Below are positions 22,522 to 36,324 of a stretch of 64,000 nucleotides of DNA, in pieces. Position 1 is the first letter of the stretch, and each line of letters opens with the position of its first letter. This DNA comes from Bryobacterales bacterium. GTDB lineage: Bacteria > Acidobacteriota > Terriglobia > Bryobacterales > Bryobacteraceae. The DNA lies in NCBI GenBank assembly GCA_963814235.1, contig CAWFCA010000013.1:29548-93547 (forward strand), in the 5' to 3' direction. Made by a program: the position numbers and the translations under genes. Under the pieces are notes generated by a model, which was not told the DNA's origin, did no database searches, and was given only the letters and a program-made list of their open reading frames with translations.

Positions 22522-22892
22522 CGGATCTCCTCAGGTAACGGAGGCCGCGACGCGCTAAGCACCTTAGCGACGGCCGTCGCGTAGGCCTCCCAGGTTCTTA
22601 CTTCCTGCTGCAGTTGTTGGCGGCCCGCGGGAGTCAGCCGGTAAAACTTGGCCTTCCGATTGTTGTCGGAGAGCCCCCACTCCGCTTCAAGCAGTCCCTT
22701 GCTCTCCAGGCGCCACAGCGCGGGATAGAGCGTACCTTCCTCGAGTGCCAGCGCGTCGTCGCTCTGCCGACGAATGAGGTTGGTAACGGCATAGCCATGA
22801 AGCGGTCCCCAGCAGAGGGTCTTAAGGATGAGAACATCCAGCGTGCCGCGAAGGAACTCGAGTTTGGCCGTTTCATTTCTTACCCCTGACAT
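22518..22892 (-). CDS. PadR-family regulator (acidobacterial type)
   Basis: GTLDVLILKTL, HGYAV, EEGTLYPALWRLE, EWGLSDNNRKAKFYRLT. Confidence 0.95.
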   Translation of the reverse strand: MSGVRNETAKLEFLRGTLDVLILKTLCWGPLHGYAVTNLIRRQSDDALALEEGTLYPALWRLESKGLLEAEWGLSDNNRKAKFYRLTPAGRQQLQQEVRTWEAYATAVAKVLSASRPPLPEEIR

Positions 22893-22935
22893 AACAAGGG
22901 AAGCTTCTCACGTTTCCCCATTGAACGCAAGGGGG
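22883..22935. promoter_or_regulatory. Two putative PadR operator palindromes
   Basis: CCCCTG-ACATAA-CAAGGG (22883-22900, over the start codon) and CCCCATTG-AACG-CAAGGGGG (22916-22935). Confidence 0.55.
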
Positions 22936-23316
22936 CTCCGGGAGGAAGCCTAGCTTTGTTGCACAGCATCCGATCGGGCTCCCCTGTGGTTGCTGAGAAG
23001 GCCATCGATACCCGCTAGGTAGCGGGTTAGGGTCAATGCCATCCTCACCGTTGACTCCGAGCATCGTGCCTGGAGAATTCCGGCCGAAATCGTCGCAGAC
23101 ATGCCGCCGGGAGCGGTCTATAAGTGTTTGGGACAGCAAGTGGGCTCCTGAATAGGCCTGGCTGAATCGTTCGGAACGTGCAGGCCGGCTGCGCGACCCC
23201 GCAACGCCACCATCAGATCTCACACGTCCTGTTGTTTGTAAAATCTCGTGATACACTTGTAGCGTTCTCACCATCTGGCACCCTCCAAGGGGCTCCTGCT
23301 GTGAATCAGGAGAGCG

Positions 23317-23721
23317 ATGGCAGATTTATCCAACAGAGAGCGAATTGAAAATGAAGGTCCGAAAAGCAGTAAGGCCAAGCAGATATTGATAGCCGAAGAC
23401 GAGCCGATGATTCGTGCCTTGCTCCAGCGGCTTCTCCACATGTGGGGCTATCGCACGCTCGTAGCGCATAACGGCAAGGAGGCGCTCGAGGTAGCCGGGC
23501 ATCATCTTGATGATATTGACTTGCTTCTATCTGACATTACGATGCCGGAGATGGACGGGCTGGAACTGGCCGAGAAGTTGACCAAGGAGCGGCCTCGTCT
23601 AAAAGTGATTTTGATGTCCGGCTTCTCTAACGTGAATCTGGTCATCCAGCGCGGTTGGAGATTCATCCAGAAACCTTTCAAGCCTGCGAACGTGAAAGCA
23701 TCAATAGAAGATGTGATCTAA
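23317..23721 (+). CDS. Stand-alone response regulator receiver (CheY-like)
   Basis: ILIAEDE, LLSDITMPEMDG, VILMSG, FIQKPF. Confidence 0.9.
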   Translation: MADLSNRERIENEGPKSSKAKQILIAEDEPMIRALLQRLLHMWGYRTLVAHNGKEALEVAGHHLDDIDLLLSDITMPEMDGLELAEKLTKERPRLKVILMSGFSNVNLVIQRGWRFIQKPFKPANVKASIEDVI

Positions 23722-24098
23722 ACCGTGTTCGCTAAGCGCACAAGTACGTGAAACCCTGGATCGTTCGGGGCCCACTCCTCACCGGCAAGAAGAGCCGGAG
23801 CTAGCCGCGTGCGTTGATCCGGATCTGAATCGCTCTGATCACGCGCGGCTGTTTGAGGGTGGCTACCACTTCACCGAAAGGTTTAAACCCGGACGTTATC
23901 GCGCTTTATAGGACACTCTTTTTGACGTTCAACTTCGGCCCTTCCGGCGAATCGGCACCCTCGCGCATGGACAACCATAGGAGTGGCAGTGACTGTTATC
24001 GCAAAAGCGTCTGCGGTATTTGGGATGGAGAATGGGCCGCAGAGTTCGTTCCGGGACACGTAACCCATCCGAAACGAGTTGCAACAACACACCGCCGC

Positions 24099-25241
24099 TA
24101 GTGTCTTGAGTCAGAGATACGTTGACAAAGCCGTTGGACTTTCCCACGGATGAGGTCAGGGTTTGCGTGCCAGACGAAGGGTTTGGGTTCGACATTTCGT
24201 TTTCCCGATAGGCTCAGCATGCCTGTTTCCAGGTCAGTTGCACTGTCGAAGCTGCCCCTCCGGACGCAGCGCTCTGTGAGTTCGGCAAAGAGCCGTTCCA
24301 CAAGATTGAGCCAACTTCCTCCGGTGGGCGTGAAATGAGCGAAGAAATTCGGATGCCGCAGGAATCAACGCCGGACTTTATCCACTTTGTGGGTTCCGTA
24401 GTTGTCCATGATGAGATGCACTTCTTGCTCGGCGGGAATATCGCGCGCAACGCGGTCCAGAAATTTCAAGAACTCTTGATGACGATGACGCCGGTAGCAA
24501 GCGCCGGTCACTTTTCCGGTTGCGACATCCAACGTCGCGAATAGAGAAGCGACGCCGGCGTTCGTAATCGTGAGTCTGTCTGGCCGGCACGCCCGGACGC
24601 AGAGGCAGAATCGGTTGCGTACGGTTCAACGCCTGCACTTGGCTCTTCTCGTCCACGCAGAGGACCATTGCCCGGTCGGGAGGGTCCATATAGAGGCCCA
24701 CCATGTTGCGTACTTTCTTCACAAAGAAGGGGTCTTTGGACAGTTTGAATCTCTCCACCCGGTGGGGCTGCAGTCCGAACGAATGCCAGATCCGCACGAT
24801 GGCGCGTTGGGAGAAGCCAGTCTGCTTCGCCATGAGGCGTGTCGACCAATGGGTGCCTTGGTCAGGAAGCGTTTCCAGCTTCCGGGTGACGACTTCTTCT
24901 ACGTGCGCATCCGTGATCTTGCGAGGGGCGCCAGACCGCGGTTCATCGGTGAGCCCTTGCATTCCCAGCGCACGAAAACGCTCCCGCCACTTGCCCGCCG
25001 CCACGCGCGATACTTCTAATTTTTGGGCCACTTCCGCGTTAGAAAGACCTAGCGCGCAGTTCAGAATAATGCGAGCGCGCAATGCTTGTTGCTGGGAGGT
25101 CTTGGGCCTACCCGCAATCACCTGTAGCTTTTTCCCGGTCTTCGGCGGAGACAATGAGAGGCTTTACGGGGCGTCCGATTGCCATAACCCAGCCTCTCAT
25201 CGAAACGCTTTTAGTAAAGTCTTTTCTGACTCAGGACACTA
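24099..25241 (-). mobile_element. IS630-family element with frameshifted transposase
   Basis: TIRs TAGTGTCTTGAGTCAGA / TCTGACTCAGGACACTA, each within CTAG. Transposase motifs RARIIL, WRERF, RSGAPRKIT, LCVDEKSQVQAL and a C-terminal KPFVW segment, in several frames. Confidence 0.9.
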
Positions 25242-25518
25242 GCGAGTTTGATCAGTTTCCTGTCAAAGCGGGTCTACAGGGCTGTGCATTGGAGCATCGA
25301 GCGGACGTTTCTGATTTGGACACGCACGCGGGCGAGACGGTGAATCGGGTACCAGCGTTCAAGCGAGAACTGACCAACTAGTAGTGGAAAGCGACCGGCC
25401 GCTTGAACACGAGGGAAGACTACAAGAACTGCTGGCGAGGCGAGCTGATCCAGCGCGCGTTGGATCTCCCTGCGGATTCATTTCCTAAGCTTGCCGCCCT
25501 GTCGACCGCAAGCTCTTA

Positions 25519-25553
25519 TTGACACTATATGACTAATTGGTCATACTGGGTCT
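25519..25553 (+). promoter_or_regulatory. Sigma70 promoter with overlapping palindromic operator (likely ArsR autoregulation)
   Basis: TTGACA(25519)-17 bp-CATACT(25542); TATGAC-TAATTG-GTCATA palindrome at 25528-25545; ATG follows 6 nt after the -10. Confidence 0.75.
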
Positions 25554-25916
25554 ATGGGTAAAACAAAGCTGCCCCTCTCAGATCAGATGGTCGAGCTGGT
25601 TGCCCGTCGTTTTCGTATGCTCGGTGAACCTCAGCGTTTGCGAATTTTACAGACATTGGAAGACGGCGAACGCACGGTTGGAGAGATCGTTGAAGCGGTT
25701 GCAGCCAATCAGTCAAACATCTCGAAGCATCTGCAGTCGCTGTACGACGCAGGTATTGTAGGACGCAGGCGCGAAGGCAACAGCATCTATTATTCGATTG
25801 CCGACGCAGTAATCTTCAAGCTTTGTGAACTGGTTTGCCAGAGTGCGAGCGATGATGCCCGCGCCAAGCTAGCCGAACTTGCACCAGTAAAAGCTTCCCC
25901 TCGCGCCAAACGGTAA
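25554..25916 (+). CDS. ArsR/SmtB-family repressor (possible persulfide sensor)
   Basis: FRMLGEPQRLRIL, QSNISKHL, RRREGNSIYYSI; C-terminal CELVC. Confidence 0.9.
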   Translation: MGKTKLPLSDQMVELVARRFRMLGEPQRLRILQTLEDGERTVGEIVEAVAANQSNISKHLQSLYDAGIVGRRREGNSIYYSIADAVIFKLCELVCQSASDDARAKLAELAPVKASPRAKR

Positions 25917-25929
25917 GGAGCACAATTCG

Positions 25930-27327
25930 ATGCAGCTCGAGCGGTTTGAGGTTCCAGGTCTCGCCCACTATTCATACCTTTTAGGTTCGGAGGGCAAAGC
26001 GGTCGTTATCGATCCGAAGCGGGATGTCGATGTGTACTTGAAGTACGCCGAGGCTCATAACCTCAGCATTACCCACGTACTCGAAACGCACATCCACGCC
26101 GACTACGCCTCCGGTGCGAAGCAACTTGCCGGAGCAACGAATTGTGAACTATGGTTGAGCGGGCATGATCAGGGTGAGGATTTCCAGTACCAATTTACCC
26201 ACCATCAGTTTCGAGACGGCGACGAGCTGGTCATCGGTGATCTGCGCATCATCGCCTTGCATACGCCCGGCCACACGCCGGAACATCTGAGCTTTCTAGT
26301 CTTTGAGAAAAGCCGCTGTGGACAACCAATGGCGCTCCTTACCGGTGATTTTATATTTGTCGGATCTCTGGGCCGACCAGACCTGTTGGGAGACGTTGCC
26401 AAGCAGAAGCTTGCGGGAGAGCTTTACGACAGCGTGCATGAAAAGATCGCCGGACTGGCGGACGGCGTAGAGATCCATCCGGCTCACGGCGCAGGCTCTT
26501 TGTGTGGAGCGGGCATGTCGGAGCGGCCCCAGTCCACCCTCGGCTACGAACGCTTCTGTAACGTCTTTATGGCGGACCGGGACAAGGCAGAGTTCGTAGA
26601 CACAGTCTTAAAGAGCGTCCCCGAGTTTCCTGATTACTACCGACGCATGAAGCGCATAAACTCGGGAGGTCCCCCGATCCTTGACAGCGTTCCGGGTCTA
26701 AAGGCAATCCCACCGAGGGAGGTTCAGGAAGCGCTGAAGTCGAATACGATTATCATCGACCTGCGTCGACCTGAGGCATTCGGCGGCGCGCATATTCCAG
26801 GAGCGTTCAATATTGGGGCCGGACAAAACCTTTCGATGTGGGCGGCCTGGGTGGTGCCTTACGACCAGCCGATCATCCTTGCCGGTGATGACGGGGTGAA
26901 CATCGAAGAGGCGTGCCGCGGTTTGATCCGCGTGGGACTGGATGATCTACGCGGCTACGTGAAGGGTGGGATGAAAGCCTGGATTGAAGCGGGATTCGAG
27001 CAGGCCCATCTTCCACAAATCGGTGTAAGTGAACTGCACAGTCGGGTAGAGCAGACCACCACAACGTATGTGCTCGATGTGCGTAGCCCAGCGGAGTGGA
27101 AATCCGGTCACATTGAAGGCGCGGTACACATTCCCGGAGGCAGCTTGTCGAAACATATCGATCAGGTTCCCTCAGACGGCCCGGTACATGTGGTTTGTGG
27201 AAGCGGTTACCGCTCCAGCATTGCTACCAGCCTGCTGCAGCGAGGCGGTCGCGGAAACATGATCAACGTTGATGGTGGCATGGGGGCGTGGAACGCGCAA
27301 CATCTTCCGACGACCGCGGAAAAGTGA
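25930..27327 (+). CDS. MBL-fold persulfide dioxygenase-like domain fused to two rhodanese domains (CstB/Blh-like)
   Basis: ETHIHADYASG, HTPGHTPEH, TGDFIFVG, HPAHGAGSLCG; DLR..HIPGA; DVRSPAEW..GHIEGA, CGSGYRS. Confidence 0.9.
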   Translation: MQLERFEVPGLAHYSYLLGSEGKAVVIDPKRDVDVYLKYAEAHNLSITHVLETHIHADYASGAKQLAGATNCELWLSGHDQGEDFQYQFTHHQFRDGDELVIGDLRIIALHTPGHTPEHLSFLVFEKSRCGQPMALLTGDFIFVGSLGRPDLLGDVAKQKLAGELYDSVHEKIAGLADGVEIHPAHGAGSLCGAGMSERPQSTLGYERFCNVFMADRDKAEFVDTVLKSVPEFPDYYRRMKRINSGGPPILDSVPGLKAIPPREVQEALKSNTIIIDLRRPEAFGGAHIPGAFNIGAGQNLSMWAAWVVPYDQPIILAGDDGVNIEEACRGLIRVGLDDLRGYVKGGMKAWIEAGFEQAHLPQIGVSELHSRVEQTTTTYVLDVRSPAEWKSGHIEGAVHIPGGSLSKHIDQVPSDGPVHVVCGSGYRSSIATSLLQRGGRGNMINVDGGMGAWNAQHLPTTAEK

Positions 27328-28076
27328 TCCCCTCGCACGGGCTGGCATTTCTTTTTGCGCTGATCATCGGCCTGTCGCTCGGAGCTCTCGGCAGCGGCGG
27401 GTCGATTATTACCTTGCCCGTGCTTGTTTACGTTGCCCGCATCAATCCGAAATCCGCAGTCGGTATGTCGATGGCGATTGTCGGCGTCACCAGTATGGTT
27501 GCTGGTTTATTGAATTGGCGGCGAGGCAGACTCCACACCAAGGCCGCGTTGCTATTGGGCGTAACTGGCATGGGAACGGCATACCTGGGATCGGCCTTCA
27601 CGCATTTGGTCTCGTCCTCAGCCTTGCTGCTGATCTTCGCAGCGATCATGTTTATAGTCGGTTCGATCATGTTGCGTGGCGGCTTCCAGGAGCTTACACC
27701 GGGACAGTGCCGCCCGCTAAGGTGCGCGGTCGTAGGGGCAGCCGTTGGTGTACTCACTGGATTTCTGGGTGTGGGCGGTGGGTTTTTGATCGTACCTGCG
27801 CTGGTCCTCTTTGCCGGGGTCGACACCAAAAAGGCCGTCGGGACTTCGTTGGCAATTATCGCCTTGAACTCCTTCGCGGGTCTCTTTGGGCAACTCCGAT
27901 ACGCTCCGGTGGATTGGCTGTTGACGGCCGAGTTCACGCTTCTGGCGCTCGCAGGCATGCTGTTAGGCTTCGCACTTTCAAACCGGGTCTCAGAACCTGC
28001 TCTCCGCAAAGCCTTTGCCGTACTCCTGCTCGTTGTTGCAGTGTCCGTCGCAGGATTGGTTGTGGTTAGAGCGTGA
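27324..28076 (+). CDS. TauE/SafE sulfite exporter family protein
   Basis: LGSGGSIITLPVL, GFLGVGGGFLIVPAL, AVGTSL; probable GTG start overlapping upstream TGA. Confidence 0.9.
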   Translation: MIPSHGLAFLFALIIGLSLGALGSGGSIITLPVLVYVARINPKSAVGMSMAIVGVTSMVAGLLNWRRGRLHTKAALLLGVTGMGTAYLGSAFTHLVSSSALLLIFAAIMFIVGSIMLRGGFQELTPGQCRPLRCAVVGAAVGVLTGFLGVGGGFLIVPALVLFAGVDTKKAVGTSLAIIALNSFAGLFGQLRYAPVDWLLTAEFTLLALAGMLLGFALSNRVSEPALRKAFAVLLLVVAVSVAGLVVVRA

Positions 28077-28122
28077 GTGCCCGAGAGGGTATGGAACCAG
28101 AGTACTTACGGAGAAACATTCT

Positions 28123-29478
28123 ATGGCGATGAAGAGAACGCCGATGATTGTGGCCTTGGTGGCATTACCGGCGTTGGCTCAGGAACCTTTGTCACTGAAG
28201 GACGCGGTTCATCTGGCGCTGAAGCAAAACAAGTCCATTCAGGCCGCGGGCGCGGCCACCAAAGCTGCTGAAGCGCGCATCACAGGTGCACGAAGTGGCA
28301 GCTTGCCGAAAGTAAACTACTCCGAATCGTGGACTCGGAGCGATAACCCGGTGTTTGTCTTTTCTTCATTGCTGACGCAGCGTCAATTCGGTGAACAAAA
28401 CTTTCAGATCCGCGCGTTAAATGAACCGGGCTTCCTAAATAACTTTCAATCGCAAGTCACGGCGGAGCAATCGCTTTTTGACGCTGGCCAGACCAAACGT
28501 GCGGTTCGCTCAGCGGAATTGACCAGGGACATCAGTGGAGAGGATGGGCGGCGCACGCAAATGGAAGTCATCGCGGTTGCAATCCGATCCTATTACGACA
28601 CCCTGCTGGCAACTGAACAAACTGTTGCCACGAATCAGGCGCGGCGGTCGTCGGAGGCTGACCTGGTACGCGCTCAAAACGTGCGTTCAGCCGGAATGTC
28701 GACGGACGTCGATATCCTCTCGATTCGCGTTCAACTGTCCGGTGTCCGCGAGCAGGAGATCCGGCGGATGGCGGATCTCGATGTCGCCCACGCGACCCTC
28801 AACGATACCCTTGGCCTGCCCCTGGATACTCCCCACACATTAACGACCCCACTCGCGCCTTTGACCTTGCGGGGCGAAGCGTTGGCGCAATATGAAGCCC
28901 GTGCGCTCGCTGAAAGACCCGAGTCCCGGCAGGCAAAGCTGGCAACGAGCCTCGCTGAGAATCAAGTGGAACTAGCGCGCGGGAGCTTCTTGCCTCAGGT
29001 GGGGGCGAGAGCTGTTTTTGAAGCCGACCGGCAACGCTTCTACACTCAGGGCGGAGCGAATTGGCTGGTGTCGATCGGGCTGCGCTGGAATCTGTTTAAC
29101 GGGTTCAGCGATAAGGCGCACCTCGAGGAAACCAGGTTCGCACTGCAGCGCAGCCAGGCGGAACAAGACCATGCTGGGTCCACTATCCGGCTCCAGGTCC
29201 GGCGCATGTACGCGGATCTTCAGGCCGCCCAGCAGCGTATTGAGGTCACTAACGCCAGTGTGAACGAGGCTGCGGAAAGCCTACGCATCACCCAAAACCG
29301 CTATGAAGCAGGCTTGGGAAATGTCACGGATCTGCTCCGTACCGAAACGGCCGTCCTTGAGGCGCGCACGCGTCACCTTGCTGCGATACATGATCAAAGG
29401 ATCGCGGCCGCGATGCTGGAATTTGCCACGGGCACACTTACTACGGACTCAGAAGTTCTGAACGAGGGATCCCGATGA
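28123..29478 (+). CDS. TolC-family outer membrane efflux protein
   Basis: Signal, LSLKDAVHLAL, RWNLFNG, NRYEAGLG. Confidence 0.88.
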   Translation: MAMKRTPMIVALVALPALAQEPLSLKDAVHLALKQNKSIQAAGAATKAAEARITGARSGSLPKVNYSESWTRSDNPVFVFSSLLTQRQFGEQNFQIRALNEPGFLNNFQSQVTAEQSLFDAGQTKRAVRSAELTRDISGEDGRRTQMEVIAVAIRSYYDTLLATEQTVATNQARRSSEADLVRAQNVRSAGMSTDVDILSIRVQLSGVREQEIRRMADLDVAHATLNDTLGLPLDTPHTLTTPLAPLTLRGEALAQYEARALAERPESRQAKLATSLAENQVELARGSFLPQVGARAVFEADRQRFYTQGGANWLVSIGLRWNLFNGFSDKAHLEETRFALQRSQAEQDHAGSTIRLQVRRMYADLQAAQQRIEVTNASVNEAAESLRITQNRYEAGLGNVTDLLRTETAVLEARTRHLAAIHDQRIAAAMLEFATGTLTTDSEVLNEGSR

Positions 29479-30616
29479 AACACGGTACGTTCTTCCTGAT
29501 TCTGCTCGCAATCGGGCTTGCTGGTTGCAGTGGCACCTCCCGGGAGAAGCCCATCGACTCTACTCCCCCCATCGTGATATCGGTTGTCAAAGCCGGCTCA
29601 GAAGCCTGGCCCTTGCTTTACGAATCCACGGGCACCGTCCGCGCGCGAACCTCCTCCGTTATCTCGTCGCAGTTGATGGGCTATGTCCGCGATGTAAAAG
29701 TCACGACGGGTGATCACGTTCGCGCAGGGCAAACTCTGGTGACGCTCGATACTCGTGATCTGGACGCGAACGCGCGCCGCGCTGAAGCCGCTCGTGAAGA
29801 AGTCCGTACTTCATTACCCGTGGCCGATAGTGCTGTCGGGGTAGCTAAAGCCGACCTCGATCTGGCACAAGCCACGTTTAGCCGCATGAAAGAGTTGTTC
29901 CAGAAGACGTCGATCTCTAATCAGGAATTTGATGAGGCATCAGCCAAACTCAAGGCGGCGCAAGCGGGCTTTGAAATGGCCCGAGCGCGACGTACTCAAG
30001 TGGATTCGAAACTGGCTCAGACTGAGCAGGAAGTGCGCGGAGCGGAAATAACGCGCGGCTATGGTCAGGTGTCGGCTCCCTTTGCCGGCGTCGTTACGGC
30101 CAAAACAGTCGAACCAGGTACTCTCGCGATGCAGGGTACGCCTCTGCTGACTATCGAACGCGAAGGCGCGTTCCGGCTGGAGGCTGGGATTGAAGAATCG
30201 CGCCTTGCGGCCATCAAAGTGGGACAGCCCGTATCGGTCATCTTGGACGGCGTGAATCATGCGGTCGATGCACGCGTCTCTGAGATCGTGCCCGTTGTGG
30301 ATGCAGCATCGCGTTCATACGTGGTCAAGGTCGACCTTCCGACCTTACCCGCGATCCGCTCAGGCGTTTTTGGGCGCGTGACATTCCGGCTTGGGAGCCG
30401 ACCGGTACTGGCTATCCCAATCGGCGCAGTCAGTGAGCGCGGGCAACTCCAATATGTGATGGTTGCGGAAAACGGTACGGCCCACACCCGATTAATTACA
30501 GAGGGTCAGAAAGCAAACGACCGCACAGAGGTTCTCTCGGGTCTCTCAGCGGGAGAAAAGATAATATTTCCGGTTCCTCAGGGTCTCGCCGACGGGGCCA
30601 GGGTCGAGGTCAGGCG

Positions 30617-30620
<4 letters not shown>
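29475..30620 (+). CDS. RND periplasmic adaptor (MFP) lipoprotein
   Basis: Lipobox [39 protein letters not shown]. Confidence 0.9.
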
Positions 30621-33801
<3,181 letters not shown>

Positions 33802-33805
<4 letters not shown>

Positions 33806-33993
33806 CCATCGACCGCTATTTACGCCTGATTGCCGGGGCCTTTGTGTTGTTAACCCTCGCTCTCGGCTACTGGGTGAATCCGTATTGGTATCTATTTACG
33901 GCTTTCGTTGGGCTCAACCTGTTTCAATCGGCCTTTACAAACTGGTGTCCAATGATGACATTTCTTCAGAAGCTTGGGTTCCGTGATAGATGA
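33802..33993 (+). CDS. DUF2892 / YgaP-like small membrane protein
   Basis: [12 protein letters not shown]...[17 protein letters not shown]; ATGA overlap with the RND gene. Confidence 0.9.
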
Positions 33994-34730
33994 CTGGGAT
34001 TCCGGCTCGCATGGTTGTGATCGCGTTCTTGCTAACCGGCGTGTCAGTCTGCACCTTCGCTCTCCAACAACGCGAAGCAGGTAAGGTTCCTTCACATCGC
34101 GGATACCATGCGCAGCTTGACACCCATTGGGAGTACCTGCCAGATGACCCGTCCAGGCTCCACCAGATGGGCGGGTTTGCGCGAATTGGGACTGCACGGG
34201 ACCAGCAGCGGGCAGCGGCGCCGGGCGCAGCTTTCACAGTGGACGTCGGCGACACCCCTTAAGGCTCCGCTATGGCGGCGCGGACTAAGGGAGAAGCCGT
34301 TCCTACACCGTTTAATGCTCTGCAAGCACAGGCAGACGCCTCTTCGCACCGGCAGCATTGCTTGAGAAGGCTGGCGTGAAAATAGCCTTCGTCGGCCTCA
34401 ACGGACCCAAGCACCACGACACGGCAGGCTCCGGCAGAAGTTGAAGGTCTGGACCCTACGCGAGCCGGCGACCTTCGGGAGTTCGTTCAGGAACTGAAGA
34501 AGAAAGAAAAGCCGGATCTGATGGTGCTGGTCGACCACACCGGCCTTGCGCCTTCAGTGCAACGCGCGCGAAACATTCCCGAATTCGATAGTGCGCTCAG
34601 CGTTCATACGCATGAGCGCGTGTACAAGCCCATCCTTGTGGAAAAGACAATCGTGGTGGAGCTGGGTTCAATGGGGTCTTTCATCGGCCAACTGGATCTC
34701 ACGGTCACTGATGAAAAAATCAACATTGTC
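33990..34730 (+). pseudogene. Degraded exported paralog of the SoxB/5'-nucleotidase-like gene
   Basis: Signal-like start; HAQLDTHWEY..MGGFARI, VDVGDT, KPDLMVLVDHTGL, HTHER, GSMGSFIGQLDL pieces with stops and deletions. Confidence 0.7.
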
Positions 34731-34755
34731 TTGTCTCTCCCTGGGTTGGGCTCGC

Positions 34756-34784
34756 TTGACGACATTACTACATGAGTATATAGT
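34756..34784 (+). promoter_or_regulatory. Putative internal sigma70 promoter
   Basis: TTGACG-17 bp-TATAGT upstream of the SoxB-like gene. Confidence 0.55.
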
Positions 34785-34844
34785 GGAATTAAACCGATTC
34801 AGTCCGGTTACACGGCAGCACGGGACTTGCCAACGAGAAGGGTT

Positions 34845-36293
34845 ATGAGCGCAAGCGGCGAGTTAACGTTCATTCAACTTAACGATACGCACGCCCAAAT
34901 GAATCTCCACTGGGAGTACTTCTGGGAGAATGGGCGCGCGGCATACCGGAAGGCCGGCGGTTTTGCGCGTCTCGCCACTCTGATCCAGCAGATCCGCGCT
35001 CACGGCAAAGATAGTTGCTTACTGGTGGACTGCGGCGACGAGATTCACGGAACCGGTGTAGCGCAATGGACGCAGGGTGCCGCCGTTGTCCCCCCGTTGA
35101 AAGCTCTGGGCATCGATGCCATGGCTCCCGGTAACTGGGAGTTCGGGTTTGGCCCGGAAATGCTCCGCAAGCGCATTGCGGAGCTGGGGTTTCCCGTCCT
35201 GGGCTGCAACGTACACCGAGCCGCTACCAATCTGCCTGAGTTTCAGCCGTCTATCGTTCGGGAAGCAGGCTGTATAAGGGTCGGGCTGCTCGGCGTAACT
35301 TCTCCGATTGTCGTAGAGCGGATGCCGAAGCATTTTGGGCAAGGGCTCCGAATCAGTGGCGCCCTCGAAGCACTTCCCCGTCATGTCCATGAGCTTCGCG
35401 AGAAAGACAAAGTTGACCTGGTGGTCCTCATCTCCCACATGGGCTTGCCCCAGGATCTGAAACTTACCGAGGAGGTACAGGGGATCGACATCGTACTCAG
35501 CAGCCACACGCACGATCGACTTGCGCGGCCGCTCGTTGTCGGCAGAACAGTGATCATTCAGTCAGGCTTTAGCGGATCGTTTCTGGGCCGCCTGAAGGTC
35601 CAGGTGGCTAATGGTCACGTCTGCGCCTTTGAACATGAACTGATTGAAGTCGCTGAGTCTACGGAGCCCGATTCAGCCGTTCAGGCGATTGTGGACGAGC
35701 AGATTGGACCGTACCGCGGCCGCCTGGATGAAGTCGTGGGTTCGATAGCGTCGCCCCTCCACCGAATGGCCGTATTGGAGTCGCCCATGGACAACCTGAT
35801 CACCGACAGTTACCTGTCCCTCACCCAGGCTGACGTTGCGTTCTCCCATGGGTGGCGATATGGGGCGCCGGTTGTCGCGGGCGAAGTAACGCAAGGAGAT
35901 CTTTGGCAGATTATTCCAACGAATCCAGAAGTCTTCACTGCCAGAATGACGGGCGAGGAAATCCGCGAGACGCTGGAGGAGAGCCTGGAAAGCGTTTACG
36001 CTCCTGACGCACTTCGTCAAAAAGGGGGATATCCGATACGGGTATCGGGGCTCAGCGCTGTCGTCCGGATCAATAATCCGAACGGTACGCGCGTCCAACA
36101 ATTGGAAATAGGCGGCAAGCCGTATCGATCCGATCACCTCTATTCAGTTGCAGGCGCGGGTGAGCAGGATTTGTCTTTAGCTGGCGAGAAACAGGGGACG
36201 GGAATTCAAGCGATAGACGCGATCGCACGTTACTTCAAAACGAGCTCCCCAGTTCATGCAGAGGTGACACATTCAAAATTCGTTGCCATCTGA
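34845..36293 (+). CDS. SoxB-like / 5'-nucleotidase-family bimetallic hydrolase, no obvious signal peptide
   Basis: NDTHAQ, GGFARLA, DCGDEIHG, GNWEFGFG, SHMG, SHTHD, 5'-nucleotidase C-domain (SHGWRYG). Confidence 0.8.
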   Translation: MSASGELTFIQLNDTHAQMNLHWEYFWENGRAAYRKAGGFARLATLIQQIRAHGKDSCLLVDCGDEIHGTGVAQWTQGAAVVPPLKALGIDAMAPGNWEFGFGPEMLRKRIAELGFPVLGCNVHRAATNLPEFQPSIVREAGCIRVGLLGVTSPIVVERMPKHFGQGLRISGALEALPRHVHELREKDKVDLVVLISHMGLPQDLKLTEEVQGIDIVLSSHTHDRLARPLVVGRTVIIQSGFSGSFLGRLKVQVANGHVCAFEHELIEVAESTEPDSAVQAIVDEQIGPYRGRLDEVVGSIASPLHRMAVLESPMDNLITDSYLSLTQADVAFSHGWRYGAPVVAGEVTQGDLWQIIPTNPEVFTARMTGEEIRETLEESLESVYAPDALRQKGGYPIRVSGLSAVVRINNPNGTRVQQLEIGGKPYRSDHLYSVAGAGEQDLSLAGEKQGTGIQAIDAIARYFKTSSPVHAEVTHSKFVAI

Positions 36294-36324
36294 GAAGGCT
36301 CCGCTGAAATCAAGAGAGGGCAAA

